From an uncultured Actinomycetes bacterium (GTDB lineage Bacteria; Actinomycetota; Actinomycetes; Nanopelagicales; Nanopelagicaceae), in contig CAYYFI010000003.1 of the NCBI GenBank assembly GCA_964471265.1, forward strand, positions 1 through 47,379: a stretch of DNA of 47,379 nt, written 5' to 3'. How positions within the stretch are numbered: position 1 is the stretch's first letter; each line of letters starts with the position of its first letter. Under the pieces are notes generated by a model that was given only the letters and a program-made list of their open reading frames with translations, ran no database searches and was not told the DNA's origin. Shown one piece after another: positions 1 to 9,190 of this stretch. Both the position numbers and the translations under genes were made by a program.

Positions 1-130
1 GGGCCAAGATAATTAAATATGCAGCAATTACATATTCAAATAATCGCGACGGGATTGGCACCTCGTCATCATAATCGGGGTTTAACGAAGCTAGCTGGGC
101 CAGGTGGCTAGGCTCACAGCGACGCAACAC
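1..130 (-). CDS. Possible 5' end of a CDS running off the left edge (hypothetical protein, partial)
   Basis: The minus-strand frame is open from GTG (130..128) to position 2: VLRRCEPSHLAQLASLNPDYDDEVPIPSRLFEYVIAAYLIILA. It is divergent from padR and absent from the ORF track because it is truncated. No family recognised. Confidence 0.25.
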   Translation of the reverse strand, partial: MLRRCEPSHLAQLASLNPDYDDEVPIPSRLFEYVIAAYLIILA

Positions 131-176
131 GCCTAAAATTGCACTTTCGCCCATATATCGGGTTAAATTCCGTCTG

Positions 177-197
177 GATATATCGAATCGATATATC
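177..197. promoter_or_regulatory. Perfect 21-bp palindrome GATATATCGA-A-TCGATATATC; candidate PadR operator in front of padR-ino1
   Basis: The 10-bp arms are exact reverse complements. Extra copies of the half-site lie at 153..160 (ATATATCG) and 206..211 (ATATCG, abutting the GTG start). The palindrome sits between the likely promoter and the SD GGAGAGG (198..204). Confidence 0.5.
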
Positions 198-210
198 GGA
201 GAGGCATATC

Positions 211-738
211 GTGCGTAGTAAGGCAGAGACCCTGGAGTTCACTCTCCTTGGCCTACTTAGCCAATCTCCACTACATGGCTATGAGATTCGTAAACGTCTA
301 AGTGCAATCTACGGACCATTTCGCGCGCTCTCTTTCTCGGTTCTATATCCACAACTTCGTCGAATGTTGGCAGCCGGTTTAATCGCCGAGCGCGTTGATG
401 AGAGCACTCGACGTTCGCGAATAATTTATAACATCACAAAAGCGGGAGAGAAAAAGTTCTCGCAATTAACCGATTCTGTAAATCCAGAATCTTGGGAAGA
501 TGATGGCTTTGAAGCGCGTTTTGCATTCTTTGGCGCCACCTCTTCAAATAGCCGATTGAGAATTCTTGAGGGACGCCACCGTCGCCTTAAGGAGCGGGCC
601 GAATTACTTCGCGGCGAATTAGCTCGCGATGGAATGGGTCTAGATAAATATCTAGAGGAGTGGCGTCGTCACTCTCTGGAATCAGCCGAACGAGAGATCG
701 CTTGGTTGGAAGAGTTGATCCGAATAGAGAGTAAATAG
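211..738 (+). CDS. PadR family transcriptional regulator
   Basis: The winged-helix PadR signature [23 protein letters not shown] is near the N-terminus. GTG 211 is preceded by GGAGAGG at a 6-nt spacing. The ORF-track TTG at 139 adds 24 residues that run through the operator/promoter. A PadR gene directly upstream of ino1 is the conserved actinobacterial arrangement (Rv0047c-Rv0046c). Confidence 0.85.
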   Translation: MRSKAETLEFTLLGLLSQSPLHGYEIRKRLSAIYGPFRALSFSVLYPQLRRMLAAGLIAERVDESTRRSRIIYNITKAGEKKFSQLTDSVNPESWEDDGFEARFAFFGATSSNSRLRILEGRHRRLKERAELLRGELARDGMGLDKYLEEWRRHSLESAEREIAWLEELIRIESK

Positions 739-749
739 GGATAAAAAAT

Positions 750-1847
750 ATGACAATCAATACAGCTGCTGGCGACATCCGCGTTGCCATCGTTGGCGTT
801 GGTAACTGTGCTAACTCACTAGTTCAGGGAGTTGAGTACTACAAGGATGCAAAGCCAGATCAGGAAATTCCTGGTCTGATGCATGCCGTTGTTGGTGGTT
901 ACCACATCAATAACGTTAAGTTCGTTGCTGCTTATGATGTAGATGCAAAGAAAGTTGGATTAGATCTTGCAGATGCAATCTGGGCATCAGAGAACAACAC
1001 TATTAAGTTTTGCAACGTACCAAAGACTGGTGTGACTGTTGAACGCGGTACCACACTTGATGGTCTTGGTCGTTATTACAAAGAAACCATCCAAGAATCA
1101 ACTGATGCGCCAGTAGATATGGTGGCATCTCTTAAGGCACATAAGATTGATGTTTTGATTTGTTATCTGCCTGTAGGTTCAGAGGAAGCCGCAAAGTTCT
1201 ATGCTCAATGTGCAATTGATGCAGGTTGCGCTTTCGTTAACGCCCTTCCGGTATTTATTGCTTCTGATCCTGTTTGGGAGAAGAAGTTCCGCGATGCAGG
1301 TATTCCAATCGTCGGAGATGACATCAAGTCGCAGGTTGGCGCGACTATTACTCACCGCATCATGACCAAACTCTTCCAGGATCGTGGTGTGCACGTAGAT
1401 CGCACTTATCAATTAAATGTCGGCGGAAACATGGACTTTAAGAACATGCTCGAACGCGATCGTCTGGAATCTAAGAAGATTTCAAAGACCAACTCTGTGA
1501 CTTCACAGCTTGATTATGATCTTGGTGAGAAGAATGTTCACATCGGTCCATCTGACTACATCCCTTGGTTAGATGATCGTAAGTGGGCATATGTTCGTAT
1601 GGAAGGTCGCGCATTTGGTGATGTTCCGTTAAATCTTGAATACAAGTTGGAAGTTTGGGATTCTCCAAACTCAGCTGGCGTCATCATTGATGCGTTGCGT
1701 TGTGCCAAACTTGGTTTAGATCGCAAGATTGGCGGTGCGTTATTGTCACCATCTTCATACTTCATGAAGACACCACCTACTCAGTACACAGATGAAGTAG
1801 CTAAGGATTCAACTGAGGGCTTCATCCAAGGAAAATTGGAACGTTAA
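750..1847 (+). CDS. ino1: myo-inositol-1-phosphate synthase
   Basis: The N-terminus [25 protein letters not shown] and the 365-aa length are typical of actinobacterial Ino1. It starts 11 nt after the padR stop. Confidence 0.96.
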   Translation: MTINTAAGDIRVAIVGVGNCANSLVQGVEYYKDAKPDQEIPGLMHAVVGGYHINNVKFVAAYDVDAKKVGLDLADAIWASENNTIKFCNVPKTGVTVERGTTLDGLGRYYKETIQESTDAPVDMVASLKAHKIDVLICYLPVGSEEAAKFYAQCAIDAGCAFVNALPVFIASDPVWEKKFRDAGIPIVGDDIKSQVGATITHRIMTKLFQDRGVHVDRTYQLNVGGNMDFKNMLERDRLESKKISKTNSVTSQLDYDLGEKNVHIGPSDYIPWLDDRKWAYVRMEGRAFGDVPLNLEYKLEVWDSPNSAGVIIDALRCAKLGLDRKIGGALLSPSSYFMKTPPTQYTDEVAKDSTEGFIQGKLER

Positions 1848-1878
1848 GCAAGAAGCAGATAAGAACTAACAAATAAAC

Positions 1879-1905
1879 AAAGGCCTCGACTAAGTCGAGG
1901 CCTTT
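1879..1905. terminator. Bidirectional intrinsic terminator hairpin between convergent ino1 and the 198-aa membrane protein gene
   Basis: AAAGGCCTCGAC-TAA-GTCGAGGCCTTT forms a perfect 12-bp stem, with A/T runs on both flanks included in the stem. Confidence 0.8.
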
Positions 1906-1932
1906 GCCTTATCCCTCACGGAGAGTTGAGGG

Positions 1933-2529
1933 CTAAATCGTCGCACTTTCATCAGTGCGACGAAGGTGTAGATAGCCTGCAATAGTTAGTAGCAACATTA
2001 AAATGCCACCAATCAATGCAACTCCCGCTGAAATTTTGGCAATCTGACCAAACTGCCAGAATGCATATGAAAATCCGAGTAAACCGGTCAAAGTGTTACC
2101 CATAAATAGTGACATTCTCTGGCCTTCTAGTTTTGCAACTTCCGCTTTTAGCGCTTCATCATTTGGATTGGCACGAAGTTGTGCACTCTTAGCCATGTAT
2201 TCACCGGATACCTCTTCGTAAACCTTGCCACCTGCAATACCTTTCATATGTACTGAGATGTAATGGTCTGCATAAGTTTTTGCCATATCTCCATTCGACA
2301 TTAACTGGCCGGCATACTTTTTCATTGCTTTCTGATCTTCATCAGGTAGTGCCATTAGCGCACCGCTATCAGCTTCAGGGAAAGTTACTTTCTGAACGAT
2401 TAGTGCATCTTTCACATTCTTATCTGCGAAGTTGTAACCAAAATTAAGTAGCCCGGCTACGATAAATAGAAATACGGTAAGGCCCGCACCCATAATTGTT
2501 ACGATTTTGTCGAAGGTACGACGCTTCAT
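1933..2529 (-). CDS. Hypothetical membrane protein (N-terminal TM, ~120-aa extracytoplasmic region, two C-terminal TM segments)
   Basis: 198-aa ORF with SD GGAGAG 5 nt upstream of the ATG. Hydrophobic segments are IVTIMGAGLTVFLFIVAGLL, LTGLLGFSYAFW and AGVALIGGILMLLLTIAGYL. No family recognised. Confidence 0.65.
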   Translation of the reverse strand: MKRRTFDKIVTIMGAGLTVFLFIVAGLLNFGYNFADKNVKDALIVQKVTFPEADSGALMALPDEDQKAMKKYAGQLMSNGDMAKTYADHYISVHMKGIAGGKVYEEVSGEYMAKSAQLRANPNDEALKAEVAKLEGQRMSLFMGNTLTGLLGFSYAFWQFGQIAKISAGVALIGGILMLLLTIAGYLHLRRTDESATI

Positions 2530-2678
2530 GATTCTCTCCTAAATCACTTCCTCATTAATTCGCAGTTTGCGAACAGTTGAAGTATTTACCTAGAGGGTCA
2601 TGTAAAAAATGAAAAAAGCGAGTGCTAACACCAATAGAAATGTGATTTAAAGAGCAAATAAATTGGTTGCAATTTTAA

Positions 2679-2996
2679 TTAAAGATGACGAGTGCAAATT
2701 GATTGGCCATCTGGACCAACCTCAAAATGCTCACATGGCAAGTGCAATTTTTCCCAAGCCTTATCACCATAATGAGTTCGATATGCAAGCGCTAGTAAAA
2801 CTCGAACATTAGTATCGCCGTCAGATTTAATTCCGAATGCTTTGGCCGAACGACTAACCGTATTCTCGACAACTTTTTCGGTATGCGCAGTTTCCCGCGC
2901 AATCGCAGCATTCGATTTTCCTTCGCAAACTAATTCCAAGACCAAACGCTCGAATGGCGTCAAATCTCGCATTTGAATAGTTATATCAGTAGCCAT
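2679..2996 (-). CDS. Small LuxR/GerE-type HTH protein with a Cys/His-containing C-terminal tail
   Basis: LTPFERLVLELVCEGKSNAAIARETAHTEKVVENTVSRSAKAFGI resembles the LuxR C-terminal HTH (LTxRExxVLxLvaxGxSNxxIA...). There is no receiver or ligand domain. The tail is LPCEHFEVGPDGQSICTRHL. SD GGAGAG lies upstream. Confidence 0.6.
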   Translation of the reverse strand: MATDITIQMRDLTPFERLVLELVCEGKSNAAIARETAHTEKVVENTVSRSAKAFGIKSDGDTNVRVLLALAYRTHYGDKAWEKLHLPCEHFEVGPDGQSICTRHL

Positions 2997-3065
2997 CTTC
3001 TCGCTCTCCGGACGAATAGATTTCTGTGCCTATTCTTTCACTAAATTGCACCGTAAGATGCAACT

Positions 3066-3812
3066 ATGTCGGAAATTTTGACCACGTTGGAGAGCCAAGT
3101 TCTGTGTATCTCGCTCAACAGATCCGAAAAAATGAATGCTATCACTCGCGCCATGTACGGCGACTTAGTGAAAGAGTTGAACAAAGCTGACCAGGATTTT
3201 GGTATCCGAGCAGTTGTAATCACTTCTGAAGGAGATCATTTCACTTCCGGTAATGACATCAGTGACTTTTTGGAGAATCCCCCGACAGCAGAGGACTCCA
3301 ATGTCGCAGCTTTTCTCGCAGCAATTCATAATTTCTCGAAACCGTTGATTGTCGCAGTAAAAGGCAATGCAGTTGGAGTTGGCACCACCATGTTGCTTCA
3401 CGCAGATATCGTTGTAGCTTCTGAAAAGGCAAAATTTTCACTGCCATTTACAAATTTAGGTTTGGTGCCGGAAGCTGGCTCTTCATTCCTGTTACCAAGA
3501 ATGATTGGATACCACCGCGCTGCGGAGCTATTTATGACGGGTGATAGCTTTGATGCAGAGTACGCCCAGCAGATTGGCTTAATTAATTATGTATGTGCAG
3601 ATCCATATCAAAAGGCATCTGAGATTGCCTTGAAGATTGCTAAGCAACCGCCGCAAGCGATTATAAATACCAAAGCTTTAATGAAAGCAAATGTTCATGA
3701 ATCAGTGGCAGCTGTTATGAAAGCAGAATTCGAAATTTTCTCATTAGCGTTGCAATCCGAAGAGGCGCGCGGCGCATTTATGCAATTTCTAAATCGAAAG
3801 CGAGATAAGTAA
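3066..3812 (+). CDS. Enoyl-CoA hydratase/isomerase (crotonase) family protein
   Basis: Crotonase-fold motifs are present: LNRSEKMNAI, GDHFTSGNDI, PLIVAVKGNAVGVGTTMLLHADIVVAS, GLVPEAGSSFLLPRMIG. Confidence 0.9.
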   Translation: MSEILTTLESQVLCISLNRSEKMNAITRAMYGDLVKELNKADQDFGIRAVVITSEGDHFTSGNDISDFLENPPTAEDSNVAAFLAAIHNFSKPLIVAVKGNAVGVGTTMLLHADIVVASEKAKFSLPFTNLGLVPEAGSSFLLPRMIGYHRAAELFMTGDSFDAEYAQQIGLINYVCADPYQKASEIALKIAKQPPQAIINTKALMKANVHESVAAVMKAEFEIFSLALQSEEARGAFMQFLNRKRDK

Positions 3813-4630
3813 TGTCATTAGCAGGTAAGCGTGTATTTATAACTGGTGGTTCAAGAGGAATTGGTTTAGAGATTGCTAAGCGAATTGCAAAAGATGGCGC
3901 GATGATTGCCATAGCGGCAAAAACAGCTGAACCTAATCCAAAATTGCCGGGAACTATTTTCACCGCAGCGCAGGAAATTGAAGCAGCAGGTGGGAAGGCC
4001 CTGCCATTAGTTACAGATATTCGCGACGAGGATGCCATCGCCAGCGCGGTAAATGAAGCGGCAGCAAAATTCGGAGGCTTGGATATTCTGATAAATAATG
4101 CTTCAGCAATCAATCTAACGAAAACCGAGGCCACGCCAGCAAAGAGATTTGATTTGATGTTCGATGTAAATGTGCGTGGCACTTTTCTGGCTTCGCAAGC
4201 AGCAATTCCACATCTACGGACTGGAGTGAATCCACATATCCTGACGCTTTCACCACCGCTTTCTATGAAAGAGAAATGGTTTAAAAATCATGTGGCTTAC
4301 ACCATGTCTAAATACGGCATGAGCATGTGTGTGCTTGGTATGAGTGGTGAATTTAGACGAGAGGGTATTGCAGTTAACGCTCTTTGGCCGATGACCGCAA
4401 TTGATACTGCAGCACTCGCCATGATTCCAGGAATTGATACCAATTTCTGCCGCAAACCAGAGATTATGGCCGATGCGGCATATGTAATTCTTAATAGAGA
4501 TGCTAAAAGCACAACTGGCAATTTTTTTGTTGATGAAGAGGTGCTTCGTGAGGAAGGCGTGAGCGATTTTGATCATTATTCTGTGGTGCCAGGAACTAAA
4601 GATTTACTTAAGGATTTCTTCCTCGACTAA
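3812..4630 (+). CDS. Short-chain dehydrogenase/reductase (SDR), HSDL2-like
   Basis: TGGSRGIG Rossmann motif, NNAS, and a YxxxK catalytic pair (YTMSKYG). The start overlaps the upstream stop (TAATG). Confidence 0.9.
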   Translation: MSLAGKRVFITGGSRGIGLEIAKRIAKDGAMIAIAAKTAEPNPKLPGTIFTAAQEIEAAGGKALPLVTDIRDEDAIASAVNEAAAKFGGLDILINNASAINLTKTEATPAKRFDLMFDVNVRGTFLASQAAIPHLRTGVNPHILTLSPPLSMKEKWFKNHVAYTMSKYGMSMCVLGMSGEFRREGIAVNALWPMTAIDTAALAMIPGIDTNFCRKPEIMADAAYVILNRDAKSTTGNFFVDEEVLREEGVSDFDHYSVVPGTKDLLKDFFLD

Positions 4631-4650
4631 GGCAACATTAGAATTATTTC

Positions 4651-6057
4651 ATGCCTTTATTTAGTCTTGAACTTGAATTAAATAGCATCAATCAAATTAC
4701 TGACTCAGAACGAAGTGGCAAAGCGAGCGACTTGTTCTGGCCATGGTGCGGCGCAAATGTTTCAGTGCTAGCAATCTCATATGGTGCGTTTCTATTTGGT
4801 TTTGGCATTAATTTTTGGCAAGCAACTTTGGCGGCAATCATCGGCACCGTCCTCTCATTTTTATTAGTAGGTGTAAGTAGCTTGGCTGGCAAAAAACATA
4901 GCGTGCCTACTATGGTGCTAAGTCGTGCCACATTTGGCGTTAAAGGAAATTTGATTCCGGGCTTTCTTTCATATTTAGTATTCGTTGGTTGGGAAACTGT
5001 TTTAGTTTCCATCGCAACTTTGGCAACCGGCACGATTTTTGAGCGAATTGGGTCGCTAGATCGAAATGCAGCGCTCTCATTGGGATTTTTAGTAGCAGTA
5101 ACTTTAACTATTGCAGGTGGCGTGCTTGGTCATAAAGTAATCATGCAGATGCAGAAATGGATCTCGTTAATAACTTTAATTGCCACAGCGATTTATATGG
5201 CGCTTACTTTAAATAAAATTAATTGGAATCTAATCAGCGCTACTGATGGTGGTTCATTAGCAGGCTTTGTGGGCGCTGTAATTTTTGCGATTACTGGAAT
5301 TGGTTTGGGATGGGTAAATAGTGCTGCCGATTATTCTCGTTACTTACCTCGTACGGTTAAGAGCAGGTCAGTAGTTGGCTGGACAGTTTTTGGAGCATCT
5401 CTAGCACCAATCGTGATGGTCACTTATGGTGCAGCTTTAGCTGGAAGTTCACAGAAACTTTATGAAAATGTGGCGATGGATCCGGTAGGTGCAATTACCA
5501 ACATTTTGCCAACTTGGTTTCTATTCTTTTTTGCTTTGATCGCAATTCTTGGGCTAATCGGAGGCGCAATCTTAGATCTTTACTCATCAGGACTTACTTT
5601 GGTTGCACTTGGGGTTCCAATCAAACGCCATAAAGCTGCGATGCTAGATGCAATCATTATGTTAGTTGGTACCGTTTATATTGTTTGGTTTAGCAAGAAT
5701 TTCCTCGTGCCATTCCAAGGATTTCTGATCACAATTGGAGTTCCACTTGCAGCCTGGTCTGCAATTTTTGCAGCCGATGTGCTTTTTAGAAATGAGTTAG
5801 ATGAGACCGAACTTTATAATCCGTTTGGAAAGTATCGCGGCTTTGAGAAATCTTCAATTTTAATTATGGCGATAGCGACGGTAGTTGGTTATGGATTTGT
5901 AACGAATACCTTTGCTACTTGGTTAAATTGGCAGGGTTATTTCATGCAGGTAATTGGCGGTAAAGAGAGTCAATGGGCTTTTTCAAATGTAGGCGTAATT
6001 TTTGCTTTACTAATTGGATTTGTCGGTCAAATGCTGAAATACGTCAAGCGTGCTTAA
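4651..6057 (+). CDS. NCS1-family permease (purine-cytosine/allantoin-type)
   Basis: 468 aa, about 12 TM segments, with an N-terminal region SERSGKASDLFWPWCGANVSVLAISYGAFL typical of CodB-like NCS1 carriers. Confidence 0.78.
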   Translation: MPLFSLELELNSINQITDSERSGKASDLFWPWCGANVSVLAISYGAFLFGFGINFWQATLAAIIGTVLSFLLVGVSSLAGKKHSVPTMVLSRATFGVKGNLIPGFLSYLVFVGWETVLVSIATLATGTIFERIGSLDRNAALSLGFLVAVTLTIAGGVLGHKVIMQMQKWISLITLIATAIYMALTLNKINWNLISATDGGSLAGFVGAVIFAITGIGLGWVNSAADYSRYLPRTVKSRSVVGWTVFGASLAPIVMVTYGAALAGSSQKLYENVAMDPVGAITNILPTWFLFFFALIAILGLIGGAILDLYSSGLTLVALGVPIKRHKAAMLDAIIMLVGTVYIVWFSKNFLVPFQGFLITIGVPLAAWSAIFAADVLFRNELDETELYNPFGKYRGFEKSSILIMAIATVVGYGFVTNTFATWLNWQGYFMQVIGGKESQWAFSNVGVIFALLIGFVGQMLKYVKRA

Positions 6058-7189
6058 TAAATTTCGAACCAATTGCCATAAGAATCGCTAGCACTGCCGG
6101 TATCAACATCGCCCAACGCAGAGTGATTGCCTCTGCGATATAACCAATAGTTGGCGGTCCACCTAGAAATCCAAAGTAAGAAATTCCAGAGACTATGGCT
6201 ACGCCTTGAGATGGTGCAATTTGTCCAGCAAATCTCTCCCGTGCAATGTTCGCACCTGCACTAAATACAGCCGGAATCACCACTGACATACCCAAACCGA
6301 TTGCAAACCACGCAAAGATTTGGCTGTAGATATTGCCGATAAATAATCCAGCAGCTAAACCAATTCCCGTCGTAAGTCCTGCGCGAAAGAGAATTTTGTA
6401 AGTTCCAAATTTGGCCATCACAAAATCACCGGCAAATCTGCCACCCACCATTCCAATATTAAAAACTATGTAGGGAAGTGTGGCTAAGAATGGCGATGCG
6501 TTATATGTATCGCGGGCCAAAATTCCACCCCAGTCACCAGCCGCACCTTCATTAATGGCACCTGCCATGCCAAGTAATCCGATAAAGAAAAAGATTGCTG
6601 GTTTAGCACGCTTCTCACTTTTTTCGATTGGATGGATATCAGTTTGGGCTGGTAGCCATAAGTTTCTTACTAATAATGCAATAACTAGAAAGAGAATCAT
6701 CAGCGTCAAACATTGAACTTTGATCGCCACTTCAAATTGCGAAAAGAGACCACCTAACAAACCTCCGGTTAGCGCGCCAACACTAAATAGTGCGTGGAAA
6801 CCGCTCATGAGTTTGGCATTACTCTCATGTTCCAGTGTCGCAGCATGAGAATTCATGGCAACATCTTGAATTGTAATTCCTATTCCAAAAACAAATAAAG
6901 AGACTGCTAGCAGTAATAATTGATCTGCAAAAGCAATTGGAATTAACGTGAGTGCGGCTCCGATAGAGCCATAAATTGCGATTGGTTTAGAACCATGTTT
7001 TGCAATCACGCGTCCAATAAAAATTAAGGTAAAGAGCACTCCAATAGCAATGCAAAATAGTAAACGTCCTACTTGGCTAGTTGAAAGTTCTAATTGCGAT
7101 TTGAAATCTGGCAATCGGGCAACTAGTGCGCCAACAGTTAGACCATTGGTAATAAATGCGGCTCGAACGGCGATTTTGGCTCTCTGCAC
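6044..7189 (-). CDS. MFS transporter
   Basis: Polytopic protein of about 12 TM segments. The ORF-track ATG (7225) lies in the loop of the glnA terminator hairpin. The in-frame GTG at 7189 is preceded by TATGCT-N6 (7196..7201), the pattern seen at other starts here, so I prefer 7189 (ATG 7225 remains the alternative). Confidence 0.78.
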   Translation of the reverse strand: MQRAKIAVRAAFITNGLTVGALVARLPDFKSQLELSTSQVGRLLFCIAIGVLFTLIFIGRVIAKHGSKPIAIYGSIGAALTLIPIAFADQLLLLAVSLFVFGIGITIQDVAMNSHAATLEHESNAKLMSGFHALFSVGALTGGLLGGLFSQFEVAIKVQCLTLMILFLVIALLVRNLWLPAQTDIHPIEKSEKRAKPAIFFFIGLLGMAGAINEGAAGDWGGILARDTYNASPFLATLPYIVFNIGMVGGRFAGDFVMAKFGTYKILFRAGLTTGIGLAAGLFIGNIYSQIFAWFAIGLGMSVVIPAVFSAGANIARERFAGQIAPSQGVAIVSGISYFGFLGGPPTIGYIAEAITLRWAMLIPAVLAILMAIGSKFIKHA

Positions 7190-7205
7190 TTGTGGAGCAT
7201 AAATG

Positions 7206-7241
7206 AAAAACCCCGCTAGATTCATATCCAGCGGGGTTTTT
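7206..7241 (-). terminator. Intrinsic terminator of glnA
   Basis: On the minus strand: AAAAACCCCGCT-12 nt loop-AGCGGGGTTTTT, starting 13 nt after the glnA stop. GC-rich core stem followed by a T-run. Confidence 0.8.
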
Positions 7242-7253
7242 CATTATTTAATT

Positions 7254-8687
7254 TTAGATATCGTAATAAAGCTCAAACTCAGCTGGATGTGGACGAAGAC
7301 GAACATAGTCAACTTCTTCCTTGCGCTTAAATGCAATCCAAGTTGAGATCAAGTCATCAGTAAATACGCCGCCCTTAGTTAAGAATGCGTGATCCTTTTC
7401 TAATGCGTTAAGCGCAGCATCTAGTGAACCTGGTACTTGAGGAATTGCAGCAGCCTCTGCACCTTCTAGCTCGTAGATGTCCTTATCAACTGGCGCTGCT
7501 GGTTCGATCTTATTTTCAATTCCATCTAGACCTGCCATCAACATTGCTGCGAATGCTAGGTATGGATTTGATGATGGATCTGGGCAACGGAACTCAATGC
7601 GCTTTGCCTTTGGATTTGATCCGGTAATTGGGATACGGATACAAGCAGAGCGATTACGCGCTGAGTAAGCAAGGTTTACTGGTGCTTCATAGCCAGGAAC
7701 CAAGCGACGATAAGAATTAACAGTTGGGTTTGTAAACGCAAGAAGTGATGGTGCGTGCTTTAACAAGCCACCGATGTACCAACGTGCGATATCTGAAAGA
7801 TCACCGTAATTTCCGGCTGCGAAGAATAGTGGCTTGCCATCTTTCCAAAGTGATTGGTGAACGTGCATACCTGAACCATTGTCACCGTAAAGTGGCTTTG
7901 GCATAAATGTTGCACTCTTACCGTTCTGCCATGCAGTGTTCTTCACAACGTACTTAAACTTCATGATGTCATCGCCAGCGTTTTCTACATCGCTGAACTT
8001 GTAGTTGATTTCCATTTGACCAGCAGTACCAACTTCGTGGTGTGAACGTTCAACAACTAGACCTACTTTTTCAAGTTGCATTACGATTTCATCGCGAAGA
8101 TCTGAGTATTGATCTGTTGGAGAAACAGGGAAGTATCCGCCCTTAATTCGGGTGCGATATCCGCGTGATGGTGTGCCATCTGCATCGAATTCTTCACCAC
8201 GGTTCCACCAACCTTCATATGAATCAATGTGGTGGTAAGACTCATGCATATCGGTCTTAAAGCGAACCGCATCAAAGATATAGAACTCAGCTTCAGGTGC
8301 GAAGAATGCCTGATCTGCGATTCCGGTAGATTTCAAATAACCAACTGCTTTGGTAAGTACACCGCGTGGGTCACGTGAATAAGGTGTGTTATCAATTGGA
8401 TTATGAACTGAGAAGAGAATAATCAGTGTCTTCTCTTTGCGGTATGGATCTATATACGCAGAACTTGGAATAGGTAACAACTTCATATCAGATTCGTGAA
8501 TTGACTGGAAACCACGAATTGATGAACCATCGAACATCAGACCATCTGTAAATACTGATTCGTCGAATGAACCAGCTGGAACATTGAAGTGGTGTTGAAT
8601 ACCTGGAAGGTCGATGAAGCGAATATCAATTAACTTCACATCTTCTTTCTTGATGTAATCAAGAATTTCTTTCGAATTTTTAAACAT
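7254..8687 (-). CDS. glnA: Glutamine synthetase type I
   Basis: [29 protein letters not shown]... plus GS-I motifs ([19 protein letters not shown]). ATG 8687 has SD GGGAGA 5 nt upstream and gives 477 aa. The ORF-track start at 8759 adds 24 unconserved residues. Confidence 0.97.
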   Translation of the reverse strand: MFKNSKEILDYIKKEDVKLIDIRFIDLPGIQHHFNVPAGSFDESVFTDGLMFDGSSIRGFQSIHESDMKLLPIPSSAYIDPYRKEKTLIILFSVHNPIDNTPYSRDPRGVLTKAVGYLKSTGIADQAFFAPEAEFYIFDAVRFKTDMHESYHHIDSYEGWWNRGEEFDADGTPSRGYRTRIKGGYFPVSPTDQYSDLRDEIVMQLEKVGLVVERSHHEVGTAGQMEINYKFSDVENAGDDIMKFKYVVKNTAWQNGKSATFMPKPLYGDNGSGMHVHQSLWKDGKPLFFAAGNYGDLSDIARWYIGGLLKHAPSLLAFTNPTVNSYRRLVPGYEAPVNLAYSARNRSACIRIPITGSNPKAKRIEFRCPDPSSNPYLAFAAMLMAGLDGIENKIEPAAPVDKDIYELEGAEAAAIPQVPGSLDAALNALEKDHAFLTKGGVFTDDLISTWIAFKRKEEVDYVRLRPHPAEFELYYDI

Positions 8688-8815
8688 TAAAATCTCCCAA
8701 TAGATTTCATTATTTTGCCCATCAACGCTGAGGGTTATGGGTAGAACCTTATGGCGCAACTGTTAATTAGACCTACTTGGTTTGTTACAGCCATGTTAAG
8801 CATTAGGGTAAAGCC

Positions 8816-9190
8816 ATGCCTGAACCACACAACCAAGGGGATTTCCAAGGGGTAGAGGTCACACTTTTTCGCCGAATGGCGGGATTAGCGGCTGATTGGC
8901 TGGCCTGCCTGGTTATCGTCAGGGGATTTAACCTAGCTGGTTCATTCACCCCACTATTAATTTTCTTTGCCGAAGTAGCGCTACTTACTGCATTTGGTGG
9001 CGCTTCATTTGGTCATCGAATTGTCAGAATCAAAGTAGTGCGTTTTGCAGATGGTGGTGCACCTTCACCGATACAAGCATTGATTAGAACCTTACTACTT
9101 TGCACTGTAATTTTTGCAATCACATATGATGAAAATGGTCGCGGAATCCACGAAAGATTATCGGGAACCTATTTAATTAAGGTTAGTTAA
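8816..9190 (+). CDS. RDD family membrane protein
   Basis: 124 aa with RRMAGLAADWLACLVIV and an R/D pattern plus 2-3 TM segments. It occupies the same position next to glnA as the RDD protein Rv2219A in mycobacteria (from memory). Confidence 0.65.
   Translation: MPEPHNQGDFQGVEVTLFRRMAGLAADWLACLVIVRGFNLAGSFTPLLIFFAEVALLTAFGGASFGHRIVRIKVVRFADGGAPSPIQALIRTLLLCTVIFAITYDENGRGIHERLSGTYLIKVS

Noticed and set aside
139-210. N-terminal extensions in the ORF track: padR 139, glnA 8759, plsC-like 10589, Gfo/Idh/MocA 14251, ctaE 36729, trpD 37156, small membrane protein 41448, nitroreductase 45669, MIP 43060.
   Set aside because: The extensions overlap neighbouring genes, operators or terminators and add unconserved residues. 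Downstream in-frame starts have an SD, a TANNNT-N6 element or stop/start coupling, and give protein lengths typical of the family.
2559-2573. A small palindrome TTCGCA-GTT-TGCGAA upstream of the 198-aa membrane protein gene, as a stand-alone regulatory feature.
   Set aside because: 6-bp arms are within chance expectation for a 47-kb window. It is kept only as a note within the LuxR-like finding.
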